From the IMG/VR virus record IMGVR_UViG_3300020122_000057, positions 6,827 to 70,826 of that record: 64,000 nt of DNA. One strand, 5' to 3'. The notes under the pieces were generated by a model. It made no database searches. It was not told the DNA's origin and was given only the letters and a program-made list of their open reading frames with translations. The DNA comes from a virus. Positions 46,533 through 53,952 of this stretch are shown piece after piece (positions within the stretch are counted from its first letter, which is position 1; the number at the start of each line of letters is the position of its first letter). Position numbers and translations under genes: made by a program.

Positions 46533-46901
46533 GTGAACTCGTTTTTCATATTCCAGTATAGCATGGCAGTTAGCGCATAATACATCGCATTTTTCCATCT
46601 CTGCTAATACTGACTTCCAAGAATAATTTCTACTATCCGCCAATCTAAATTTCTTCTCTGACGGAATCCTATGATGAAACTCTAATGCGGTATGGTGTAA
46701 ATCAAAACCACATTTCTTACAGCCCTTAGTAAGTTTTACTTCTCGAATTTTTCCTTGTATCTTATCTCTATATCGCTTATCCCGCAACTTTCTAGTAGTT
46801 CTATTGTACTTATGAAGGCTTTCCTTAAAATTTTTACTAGATAAGTACGCTTGCCCCTTTTCGGACTTAATCCACTTTCTTTGATTCTCAATACGACCCA
46901 T
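46518..46901 (-). CDS. HNH endonuclease
   Basis: CKKCG..ALEFHH..PSEK..EMEKCDVLCANCH. Confidence 0.88.
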   Translation of the reverse strand: MGRIENQRKWIKSEKGQAYLSSKNFKESLHKYNRTTRKLRDKRYRDKIQGKIREVKLTKGCKKCGFDLHHTALEFHHRIPSEKKFRLADSRNYSWKSVLAEMEKCDVLCANCHAILEYEKRVHGVLG

Positions 46902-46905
46902 TTTT

Positions 46906-47160
46906 GGTTAGTTGATAGCCCGGTTTCTGTACTCAATATATGAGTGACAATCATTCATCTAACGCATCCAACCCGATAACCAAATGCCTAGGGCCAGTAG
47001 TTATCCTATTTGGACTTGCTCCCGGCGTGGAGTCATTTAGAGAAATACTCTAACTCTTACCCGTCACATTACTGTGCCTGCAACTTCCACAGCGCCGTTA
47101 CCCTTTGGAGACCGGAACTTCCTCCCCCATCTTCCGATGGCAGCGATTGTCTAACTAACC
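46906..47160 (-). ncRNA. rnpB: RNase P RNA, minimal (~255 nt)
   Basis: Hallmarks GAGGAAGTTCCGGTCTCC, GGAGCAAGTCCAAATAGG, AGATGAATGATTGTC and ACAGAAACCGGGCTATC; P1-P6, P15, P16 and P19 can be paired. Confidence 0.92.
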
Positions 47161-47166
47161 AAATTC

Positions 47167-47273
47167 TGGAGCAGCGAGTGGGACTCGAACCCACATGCAA
47201 CGAGTTTAGGAAACTCGCGCCTAAGAGGAGCCTGTTTAGAAGACAGGTGCCTATTCCATTCAGCCACCGCTGC
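47167..47273 (-). tRNA. tRNA-Arg(TCT) with a second complete anticodon arm (CCT)
   Basis: CCTGT-CTTCTAA-ACAGG then CGAGT-TTCCTAA-ACTCG inside one acceptor/D/T frame; 107 nt. Confidence 0.85.
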
Positions 47274-47281
47274 TCAAATCT

Positions 47282-47356
47282 TGGCGAGTCACGGTGGACT
47301 TGAACCACCACCAGCAGGGTTGGAGCCTGCCATGCTGCCACTAACACTTGCGACTC
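47282..47356 (-). tRNA. tRNA-Trp(CCA)
   Basis: GCAGG-CTCCAAC-CCTGC; G73. Confidence 0.9.
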
Positions 47357-47364
47357 GCAAATTC

Positions 47365-47439
47365 TGGTTGCCCCAGTAGGACTCGAACCTACATGAACGC
47401 CTTCAGAGGGCGTCATCCTGCCAATTAGATGACAGGGCA
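47365..47439 (-). tRNA. tRNA-Gln(CTG)
   Basis: ACGCC-CTCTGAA-GGCGT; U1-A72. Confidence 0.9.
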
Positions 47440-47441
47440 AT

Positions 47442-47517
47442 TGGTTCGGTGGGTACGATTCGAACGTACACCTAAGTGATTCAAAGTCACCCGTTCTACC
47501 AGTTAAACTACCGCCGA
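47442..47517 (-). tRNA. tRNA-Gln(TTG)
   Basis: GGTGA-CTTTGAA-TCACT; U1-A72. Confidence 0.9.
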
Positions 47518-47526
47518 ACAGAAACT

Positions 47527-47602
47527 TGGTGGACCGCCCGAGACTTGAACTCAGACCCCAGCGCTTAAAAGGCGCGTATGCTGCCACTCGCACTCGCAGT
47601 CC
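47527..47602 (-). tRNA. tRNA-Lys(TTT)
   Basis: GCGC-CTTTTAA-GCGC; CCA. Confidence 0.88.
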
Positions 47603-47608
47603 AAAAAC

Positions 47609-47697
47609 TGGTGGAGGGGGAAGGATTCGAACCTTCATAACCCAATGGGCAATCGGTGTTACAGACCGACGGGGCCACCTGTTGCCCCAACCTCTCC
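47609..47697 (-). tRNA. tRNA-Tyr(GTA)
   Basis: TCGGT-CTGTAAC-ACCGA, variable arm, 5-bp D-stem. Confidence 0.88.
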
Positions 47698-47707
47698 ACG
47701 AAACTTA

Positions 47708-47758
47708 GCGACGTGTTATCTGGCTTCAACGTCGTTCCACTCCAAGACCAGAGAGTGT
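47708..47758 (-). ncRNA. two-hairpin kissing-loop spacer RNA
   Basis: CACTC/GAGTG and CGACGT/ACGTCG hairpins; loops TCTGGtCTT and AAGCCAGA are complementary. Confidence 0.55.
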
Positions 47759-47765
47759 TCGAATT

Positions 47766-47849
47766 TGGTACCCCGCGAGGGATTTGAACCCCCATGCCTT
47801 TCGGCGCTGCGTTCTAAGCGCAGTGTGTCTGCCGTTCCACCAGCAGGGT
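47766..47849 (-). tRNA. tRNA-Leu(TAG)
   Basis: CTGCG-CTTAGAA-CGCAG, variable arm. Confidence 0.92.
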
Positions 47850-47851
47850 AT

Positions 47852-47926
47852 TGGTGGTCAACCAAGGAATTGAACCTTGTACGCGCACGGCTTCAACGTG
47901 CCGCTCTACCGATGAGCTAGATGACC
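47852..47926 (-). tRNA. tRNA-Phe(GAA)
   Basis: GCACG-TTGAAGC-CGTGC. Confidence 0.9.
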
Positions 47927-47935
47927 ACGAAACTT

Positions 47936-48013
47936 TGGTGGGCAAGGTCGGAGTCGAACCGACAGGCACTCCGTTTTAAGCGGAGTAGGTATGCCAATTC
48001 CCTTCACTTACCC
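47936..48013 (-). tRNA. tRNA-Leu(TAA), short variable region
   Basis: CTCCG-CTTAAAA-CGGAG; A73. Confidence 0.85.
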
Positions 48014-48040
48014 ACGAAACTAATATACCACAAAATAAAC

Positions 48041-48320
48041 TTGTCAGCCACGTTCAACCGCAACGCTCGCAGGGTACTCGCGCTTTCTTGGGGACCGTGT
48101 GCAGTGCAAGTTCTAGCTATCCCCATCTTATAGGCGCTGCAATTCGCGTTTTTCCCCACTTCGCAGGTATTTTTACGCCCGGTAGCTGAATCGTATGGCG
48201 CTGATTACCGTCCCTGTTGCATCCCTGCGCTAACTCGGATCGACTTTCGTTGTAGGGCTTCACGTCGTCCAACCCTCGGAGGGCACCAGTCCCTCCTACC
48301 GTCGGCTTTGCGGCTGACAA
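48041..48320 (-). ncRNA. unassigned large structured RNA (~280 nt)
   Basis: 11-bp terminal stem TTGTCAGCCGC/GTGGCTGACAA, many nested helices, directly after a consensus promoter. Confidence 0.7.
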
Positions 48321-48345
48321 AGGTCCGAATCCCAACTGCAAGAGG

Positions 48346-48373
48346 ATTATAGCACATCCTGTTTATTTGTCAA
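48346..48373 (-). promoter_or_regulatory. consensus sigma70 promoter of the RNA operon
   Basis: TTGACA-N16-TATAAT with TGn extension. Confidence 0.85.
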
Positions 48374-48382
48374 CAGGAAAAT

Positions 48383-48571
48383 TCAAATATCTTCGAAAGA
48401 AAGCAATTCGTGAATGGTTATCGTTTCCACAAGTATCCCAATGAATAGGAAAAATAGGGCAGCTACGTAATGTCCCAGTATCCAAGCCAAAGGAACCAGT
48501 GTCCAGAAAAATACGTAACCGATAGCGATGGCGAAAGCTACAAGCACTAATTTGAAGAACCAATTTATCAT
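48383..48571 (-). CDS. small membrane protein
   Basis: two TM helices, AGGAG RBS. Confidence 0.6.
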   Translation of the reverse strand: MINWFFKLVLVAFAIAIGYVFFWTLVPLAWILGHYVAALFFLFIGILVETITIHELLSFEDI

Positions 48572-48664
48572 ACTATCTCCTTCTGATCCGCCCAGTTATT
48601 TCAACCAACGCCAGTTTCTTCTATGAATTATATTGCATACTGCTGTGTTTCTAACACCAAAGGT

Positions 48665-50572
48665 CTACCCATCTATCGTCTCCTGATCTGCCCAGTTCAA
48701 ACCCCGAGTCACATCAACAGGAATTTTCATACCCGGAATCTCTGGTATTTCAATCTCCATACACTCACGAATCCATTTCTTAACTTCTCTTGGGTCATAG
48801 CATGAATCGACTACATATGTCAACTCGTCATGTATTTGCAAAGTAGGAATAAGCCGTGGATGATTCTCAGCGTTAACCATCGCATATTTCGTTATATGCG
48901 CTACTGGGTTACTTCCCCACATAGCCGCAGCCGTCTTCAATCTATCTTGTTCATAGCCATAACTAGCTAGTACATATCCCGTGGGTGGCCGCACGCAACG
49001 TTCACGCTCAACTTGCTTAGTAATTTTCTTCTGCAATTCCCGCAATAGCGGGAATCCATTGAAATACTTCACCTGCACATCCAATGCTCGCTTGCGATTC
49101 TCGTAGGTTGCACTGCCGAATGCACGATTGGCTAGGTTGATTCCGGTGAACGTTACAACCTTTCCAAACACTATCCAATCGTTAAACACGATTCTCGCCC
49201 CGGCTGCGATTTCGTTTACAATCTTCGGTCTACGCAACTCCGCTGGCTCGACTAGCTGCAATCCCTCCAGATAATCCGTAGCGTGCGTAACAGACTTCGC
49301 CGCTTCGCGTGCATTACCCAATATCCGCGCAAACGGGTCATCCTCTTTTATTCCAATCATATCCCGCATATAGGCGTGGAAGTCTATATTGGGAATCTCC
49401 GTATGCCCCGCTAGATGGAGGAAGACTCGGTTCTCGGCATTCTTGAGGTCGGCGCGGTAAAGGTAATATCCATCTGGAGCGATAATAGCTCGCCGGATTT
49501 TCTTCCCAAGGGACTCTCCTGTAACGCGATCCTTGCGACGTTTAGCAACGTTCTGAAGATTCGGGTTTGAACAAGCCAGTCTTCCGGTGGAAGTAAAAAA
49601 TTGCAGGTTGCAATGGATGAATCCGTCAGGGTCAACGTATCCTTCCCATCTATTTTTATCGTAATCGAATCTCCGGGGTGCAAACCAGCGGTCAGGTCCA
49701 TTTCCTAGCTCCTTGTATTCAAGCAATCTCGCTAATTCTTCGTTGTCCGGGTCATCCTCGCATGCTTCCCGAATCGTTTCTTCTTGGGCGTTGGGAAGCT
49801 TGAAACGCTCCATTACCTGCTTGGGAGAGTTTGGATTAAACGAGAACGTCTTCTCCAACTTCTCGCATTCAGTAACGAACTCATCTCGTAACTTACCAAT
49901 ATACGGTACATCTACTAGCACGCCCCGCTCATTCATCTTCGCAAGAACGAGTGCAACGTCACGGTGTAAAGGAATGAGCTTATCAACACCCATGAGAATA
50001 GCGCGTTGTAGGATTTTGGGGGCTGCGAGAGCAGGCCAATAGCAATCGTTACCATTGTACTCAAAAGGATTATGGCGAGGACACGGATTACCCAAACTTT
50101 CGCACGACTCTCCCCAACAATCTTTCCAATTTGGCGCATCGGTGTATTGCGAGCACATGGTCCAGAGATTCATAAATCCCCGGCCACGTCGCTCTCCCTC
50201 CTCGTCATCTGACTTCTTCGTTCCCTTACACAGACTCATATTCGTGAGCCAGTGATAATGGATCGTGTCCATTATTTGCTTGGGGTCGATTCGGATTCCT
50301 TCTGCAACTGCCACACCATAATCGGCGCTAAGGAAGTTATGCCCAACAATAATTGCTTGCGGATTTCGGTAGAGAGTTTCAATGAGATAGTGTTTCCCTT
50401 CTTCGTGCGGTACAGATACAGTTCTTTCTCCGTCTGAGGCTCCAACAATCGTGGGTCGAGAAGTTCGCATGCTCCATTCCCAGTCCAGAGATAGATACGG
50501 CTTGGGGCGAAGCTGAAGTAAATCGCTGGGATTCCGGGAGACGTAGGGCCATTTCTTAGCGACGGAGAACAT
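48665..50572 (-). CDS. DNA polymerase, family A, with 3'-5' exonuclease
   Basis: SLDWEW, VGHN, TGRLACSNPNLQN, motif A ADLKNAENR, motif B REAAKSVTHATDY, motif C QIHDEL. Confidence 0.93.
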   Translation of the reverse strand: MFSVAKKWPYVSRNPSDLLQLRPKPYLSLDWEWSMRTSRPTIVGASDGERTVSVPHEEGKHYLIETLYRNPQAIIVGHNFLSADYGVAVAEGIRIDPKQIMDTIHYHWLTNMSLCKGTKKSDDEEGERRGRGFMNLWTMCSQYTDAPNWKDCWGESCESLGNPCPRHNPFEYNGNDCYWPALAAPKILQRAILMGVDKLIPLHRDVALVLAKMNERGVLVDVPYIGKLRDEFVTECEKLEKTFSFNPNSPKQVMERFKLPNAQEETIREACEDDPDNEELARLLEYKELGNGPDRWFAPRRFDYDKNRWEGYVDPDGFIHCNLQFFTSTGRLACSNPNLQNVAKRRKDRVTGESLGKKIRRAIIAPDGYYLYRADLKNAENRVFLHLAGHTEIPNIDFHAYMRDMIGIKEDDPFARILGNAREAAKSVTHATDYLEGLQLVEPAELRRPKIVNEIAAGARIVFNDWIVFGKVVTFTGINLANRAFGSATYENRKRALDVQVKYFNGFPLLRELQKKITKQVERERCVRPPTGYVLASYGYEQDRLKTAAAMWGSNPVAHITKYAMVNAENHPRLIPTLQIHDELTYVVDSCYDPREVKKWIRECMEIEIPEIPGMKIPVDVTRGLNWADQETIDG

Positions 50573-50753
50573 TTAGCTATTATCTTTTGCCAGAGAGTCA
50601 TTGTCAACCATATTCGTTTCTACGCGCTTGAGTTTAAGGGCACAGGGGGACGCCGTCGATGTTGGCTCGTGCCCACCGAGTCGTGCTCCCACGTTGCTCG
50701 GATTTTGTACCGCCGCACGACGACGCCCCATTGTGCCCTTAAACTCACGACAT

Positions 50754-51089
50754 TCAAGCTTTAGGCATTGCTTCCAAAGCTTCAACTAACTTCTTCGTAG
50801 CCTGTGCCGCCTCTCCAATTCCCGCCGGATCGGAGAGAGTAATTGTCTCGTCATAATCCTCCACCATATCGTGGATAGCGGAAGCGAGGATAAGCTCTAA
50901 TGCCAGAATAACCTTGTAGGTTTCAACTTTGGTATGCGGTTTAATATCGTCAAGGAAGTTCTTCGCCAGTATTGATATCTCATCCTGTGCGCCTTCCTTG
51001 ACAGCTACTTCCGCGCATTGTTTCAAAGTTATTTTACGAAGGATTTCGTATAGTACTGGATGGTCTTTCATTAAGCTCCGTAGTTGCAT
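50754..51089 (-). CDS. hypothetical protein, paralog of its neighbour
   Basis: shares K..QD.I..LAK..L..I...YxVILA with 51091-51369. Confidence 0.65.
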   Translation of the reverse strand: MQLRSLMKDHPVLYEILRKITLKQCAEVAVKEGAQDEISILAKNFLDDIKPHTKVETYKVILALELILASAIHDMVEDYDETITLSDPAGIGEAAQATKKLVEALEAMPKA

Positions 51090-51090
51090 G

Positions 51091-51369
51091 TCAGTTCTCC
51101 TTTTCTCCCTTTAAACCATCTACCGATGCCATGATTGATTGCGTGAACAACAGATAGAAAGCCAGAATAACCCGGTAGTTTTCCTGATTATCCGTGAGTC
51201 CCTGTAATTGCAAAAGCATATCCTTCGCTAGCTCGGCAATTTTATCCTGCGTCTTTTCCTTGAAAGCAATATCAATACACTCTCCCACCACTGTATCGGT
51301 TATGCTTAGAAAAGACTCCTTATCCTTGAATAACATTTTCCCGAATTCTGTATCTTTAGCGTTAGACAT
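51091..51369 (-). CDS. hypothetical protein
   Basis: AGGAG RBS before MSNAK. Confidence 0.65.
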   Translation of the reverse strand: MSNAKDTEFGKMLFKDKESFLSITDTVVGECIDIAFKEKTQDKIAELAKDMLLQLQGLTDNQENYRVILAFYLLFTQSIMASVDGLKGEKEN

Positions 51370-52222
51370 TTTTCTTCTCCTTTTTCTGTACCGAATCCGT
51401 AAGAGCCATGTACTCCGCGCCGGAAAGCTCGCAATTAATGGACATGCCATGCTCGAATGGGGTAGCGGATGCTAGCAATTTCACGATTACGTCCTTAACC
51501 TTAATCTTCTTAGCCTTAACTGCCTTCGCTTTAATGGCCACTTTCATCCCCTCTTTCATCCGATTCGATCTCAGAGTCCCAGTCAGTGAAGTTTCCATCT
51601 GGTAATGTCCGCACCATCTCGTTACATTTCCTGCATAGCCCATCCACAATTGCACCACTTTCCCACCGCACAGTACAAGCGGCCTTTCCGCAGATGCAGC
51701 ATAATCTTTGGCCTTCTCGAATACGCGAATCATTAGTGGCAGCGGCGTCACATCCCGTGCTATTGCCGCCGGGTGGATATTCACCAGATTCACCGTCGCT
51801 CCGTATTCGTTCCATCGGTCATATTGCCTGCAACAAGCTTCGGCTTTCTTCTTTACGTCCCCAGTGGGGTATTGAGACTCTCCAAGTTTTGGAGGCAAAC
51901 ACCGCAGTCCATTATCAACGAACACAGACTCACGGCTGATTTGCACAGCACCCAATCCCCAGTTCCAGAGAATTCCTCCAGCTTTGCCAACAACGGGTTG
52001 CCCTCGTCGGAGGAATTCATCACTGAGATACGGAAACGCCTTCCGTCTTCTTGCCAGTTCAGCGTCATCAACGGTATAGGTGAGTTCATCTCGACCCGGT
52101 GCCTCCAAAAATAAAGCTAACTTTGCTGTCTTCGGATCACCACTACCGAGAACGAAACCCGTTCCTTTCCCGGCCAGTGGGCATCCAATATCGTAACATT
52201 GCTTAGGTTGGCCTAGAGGCAT
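51362..52222 (-). CDS. uracil-DNA glycosylase family 4-like protein
   Basis: EAPG..E, G.PVVGKAG, N.LRCLPP, IHPAA. Confidence 0.85.
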   Translation of the reverse strand: MPLGQPKQCYDIGCPLAGKGTGFVLGSGDPKTAKLALFLEAPGRDELTYTVDDAELARRRKAFPYLSDEFLRRGQPVVGKAGGILWNWGLGAVQISRESVFVDNGLRCLPPKLGESQYPTGDVKKKAEACCRQYDRWNEYGATVNLVNIHPAAIARDVTPLPLMIRVFEKAKDYAASAERPLVLCGGKVVQLWMGYAGNVTRWCGHYQMETSLTGTLRSNRMKEGMKVAIKAKAVKAKKIKVKDVIVKLLASATPFEHGMSINCELSGAEYMALTDSVQKKEKKNV

Positions 52223-53210
52223 CGAACCCCATCTTATCTGACTCGTATTCCTTGACTGACTTAGGCTTCTTGGCCATAATTTTTAGCTTGGCGATGATTG
52301 TATCGTACGGCTTATCCAAGCAGCACACGCCGACAATCAATTCGCGCATGAACGCGAGACTCATACCATCCGTATCCTTGAGCCAACGCTCCACGTCGAT
52401 CTTCCGTACATCCTCTTCCGGCACCCGGCTTTGGATATAAGCAAAACGCATTTCCTTGCTTGGCATGCCAATCTGGATAACCTCGTCAAATCTCCCCGGA
52501 CGCTTGAGAAAACGCGCCCCGAGATTCTCCGGGAAATTAGTAGTAGCAACATTAACTACGTTACTGATTTGCCGCTCACCATCCAGAATGGATAATAATT
52601 CGGAATCACCAAATACCTTCGTAATCTCATCAATATCCTCAAAGATACTGACAATTGGCCGTTCCGGTTCCACCGCACGAATCATTTCCAGTGCATCCGC
52701 CGTGTCGCTTGGACGATTACTGTGGATGAATACGATCCCATCCATCGCCACTACATCCCGGCCCAGTAAAATCATAGTACTCGTCTTCCCGCTGCCAGCG
52801 GGACCAAATAGCATAACGCCGCGTTTGTATAGCTGTCCCAGTGCCTTGAAGCGATCCTTCTGCTTCCAAAAGTGCTGGATATCACGTAGGACTTGTAGGC
52901 TAGCACTATCGGGCATTTCGATTAGCGTATCCGTAACTACGGTAGCCTTGCGAATCGCTAGTCCAATGTTCGGCAATTGAATCCCCTTGTAAATTCCCGC
53001 AGGGAGTCCCTTTACCGTTTTGCCGCAAGGGGCGTATGTGTTAGCCGGAAGAACCGTCCACTGCTCCCGGCCAGCCGTTACGGACATTAGAGAATCGAAA
53101 TCCTCGTCATCGTCTACAATTATACCTGCCTTGCTTCCGGGTATGCGTTTTGCTACAGAAAATGCTCTATCCGGCGCGTTCTCGATTAACTCCTGTGTCT
53201 CGGGGTCCAT
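52203..53210 (-). CDS. AAA+ ATPase
   Basis: YKRGVMLFGPAGSGKT, IFEDID, ATTN, RPGRFD. Confidence 0.9.
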   Translation of the reverse strand: MDPETQELIENAPDRAFSVAKRIPGSKAGIIVDDDEDFDSLMSVTAGREQWTVLPANTYAPCGKTVKGLPAGIYKGIQLPNIGLAIRKATVVTDTLIEMPDSASLQVLRDIQHFWKQKDRFKALGQLYKRGVMLFGPAGSGKTSTMILLGRDVVAMDGIVFIHSNRPSDTADALEMIRAVEPERPIVSIFEDIDEITKVFGDSELLSILDGERQISNVVNVATTNFPENLGARFLKRPGRFDEVIQIGMPSKEMRFAYIQSRVPEEDVRKIDVERWLKDTDGMSLAFMRELIVGVCCLDKPYDTIIAKLKIMAKKPKSVKEYESDKMGFDASRPT

Positions 53211-53250
53211 AGGCACTCCGAATATCCTCCGTAAAGTTTCTTCTACTTCT

Positions 53251-53937
53251 TTAGACAGCCGACGACGTTTTCGTTGCAGGGGCCAAGGTTGCGAGGAAAT
53301 CATCTACCTGCGCCTCATGTTCCGGGTCGGAATCTACATGCACGTCACCCATAGCACGGTTGAACTTCTCCGTAGCTACGTCGTTACGCGCCTGCATCCG
53401 GCTCTGTAGGTCATCTACGTTGATATCCACGCCGCCAGAAACTAACTTCCCCGCTGTAGTAAGGCTGGCCGCAGCTTGTTCCTTGGCCTTACTCTCACGA
53501 TCCAGACTTTCAAGCCGACGAACATTCGCTACCATTTCCTCATGGCGTGCTTCAAGCTTGGCTACCGCTGCGTCTAGGCCAGCACTAGTCTGCTTCTGCG
53601 TCTCAAGTTGAGCGATATTACGATCCAAATCTTGCTGTGCCCGTAGAACTTCGGACGCTTTTAACCGTGCTAGGTCGCTGCGATTCGTGGCAAGGTACTT
53701 CGCCGCAGCCACTTTGCCGATATTGATACGAGTTTGCAAGTCGCCCTGTTCACGAGTAAGCGTCCGTATCTGTCCAGCTTGAATCGCGGCTTCGTTCTTT
53801 AACCGATCCAACGCATCTTCCAAGTCCCGTACATACTGACGCAATGCCGATGGGCTATTCAAGTCGATAGCCTTGTCCAGCAAATCATGCACGGTACCCA
53901 ACGTAACCGTTCGCAACTTCTGAATAAATGTACTCAC
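53251..53937 (-). CDS. PspA/IM30 (ESCRT-III-like) family protein
   Basis: 228-aa coiled coil; LLDKAID..P..LRQYVRDLED; DLAR.. pattern. Confidence 0.8.
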   Translation of the reverse strand: MSTFIQKLRTVTLGTVHDLLDKAIDLNSPSALRQYVRDLEDALDRLKNEAAIQAGQIRTLTREQGDLQTRINIGKVAAAKYLATNRSDLARLKASEVLRAQQDLDRNIAQLETQKQTSAGLDAAVAKLEARHEEMVANVRRLESLDRESKAKEQAAASLTTAGKLVSGGVDINVDDLQSRMQARNDVATEKFNRAMGDVHVDSDPEHEAQVDDFLATLAPATKTSSAV

Positions 53938-53952
53938 GTTAGTCTCTCCCTC

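Noticed and set aside
47069-47638. 189-aa ORF and other ORFs spanning tRNA genes
   Set aside because: They are read-throughs of tRNA and RNase P sequence with no protein-like features.
42574-48013. HDV-like theta ribozymes at tRNA 3' ends
   Set aside because: No spacer shows the nested P1/P3/P1.1/J4-2 pattern by eye; a formal motif search was not possible.
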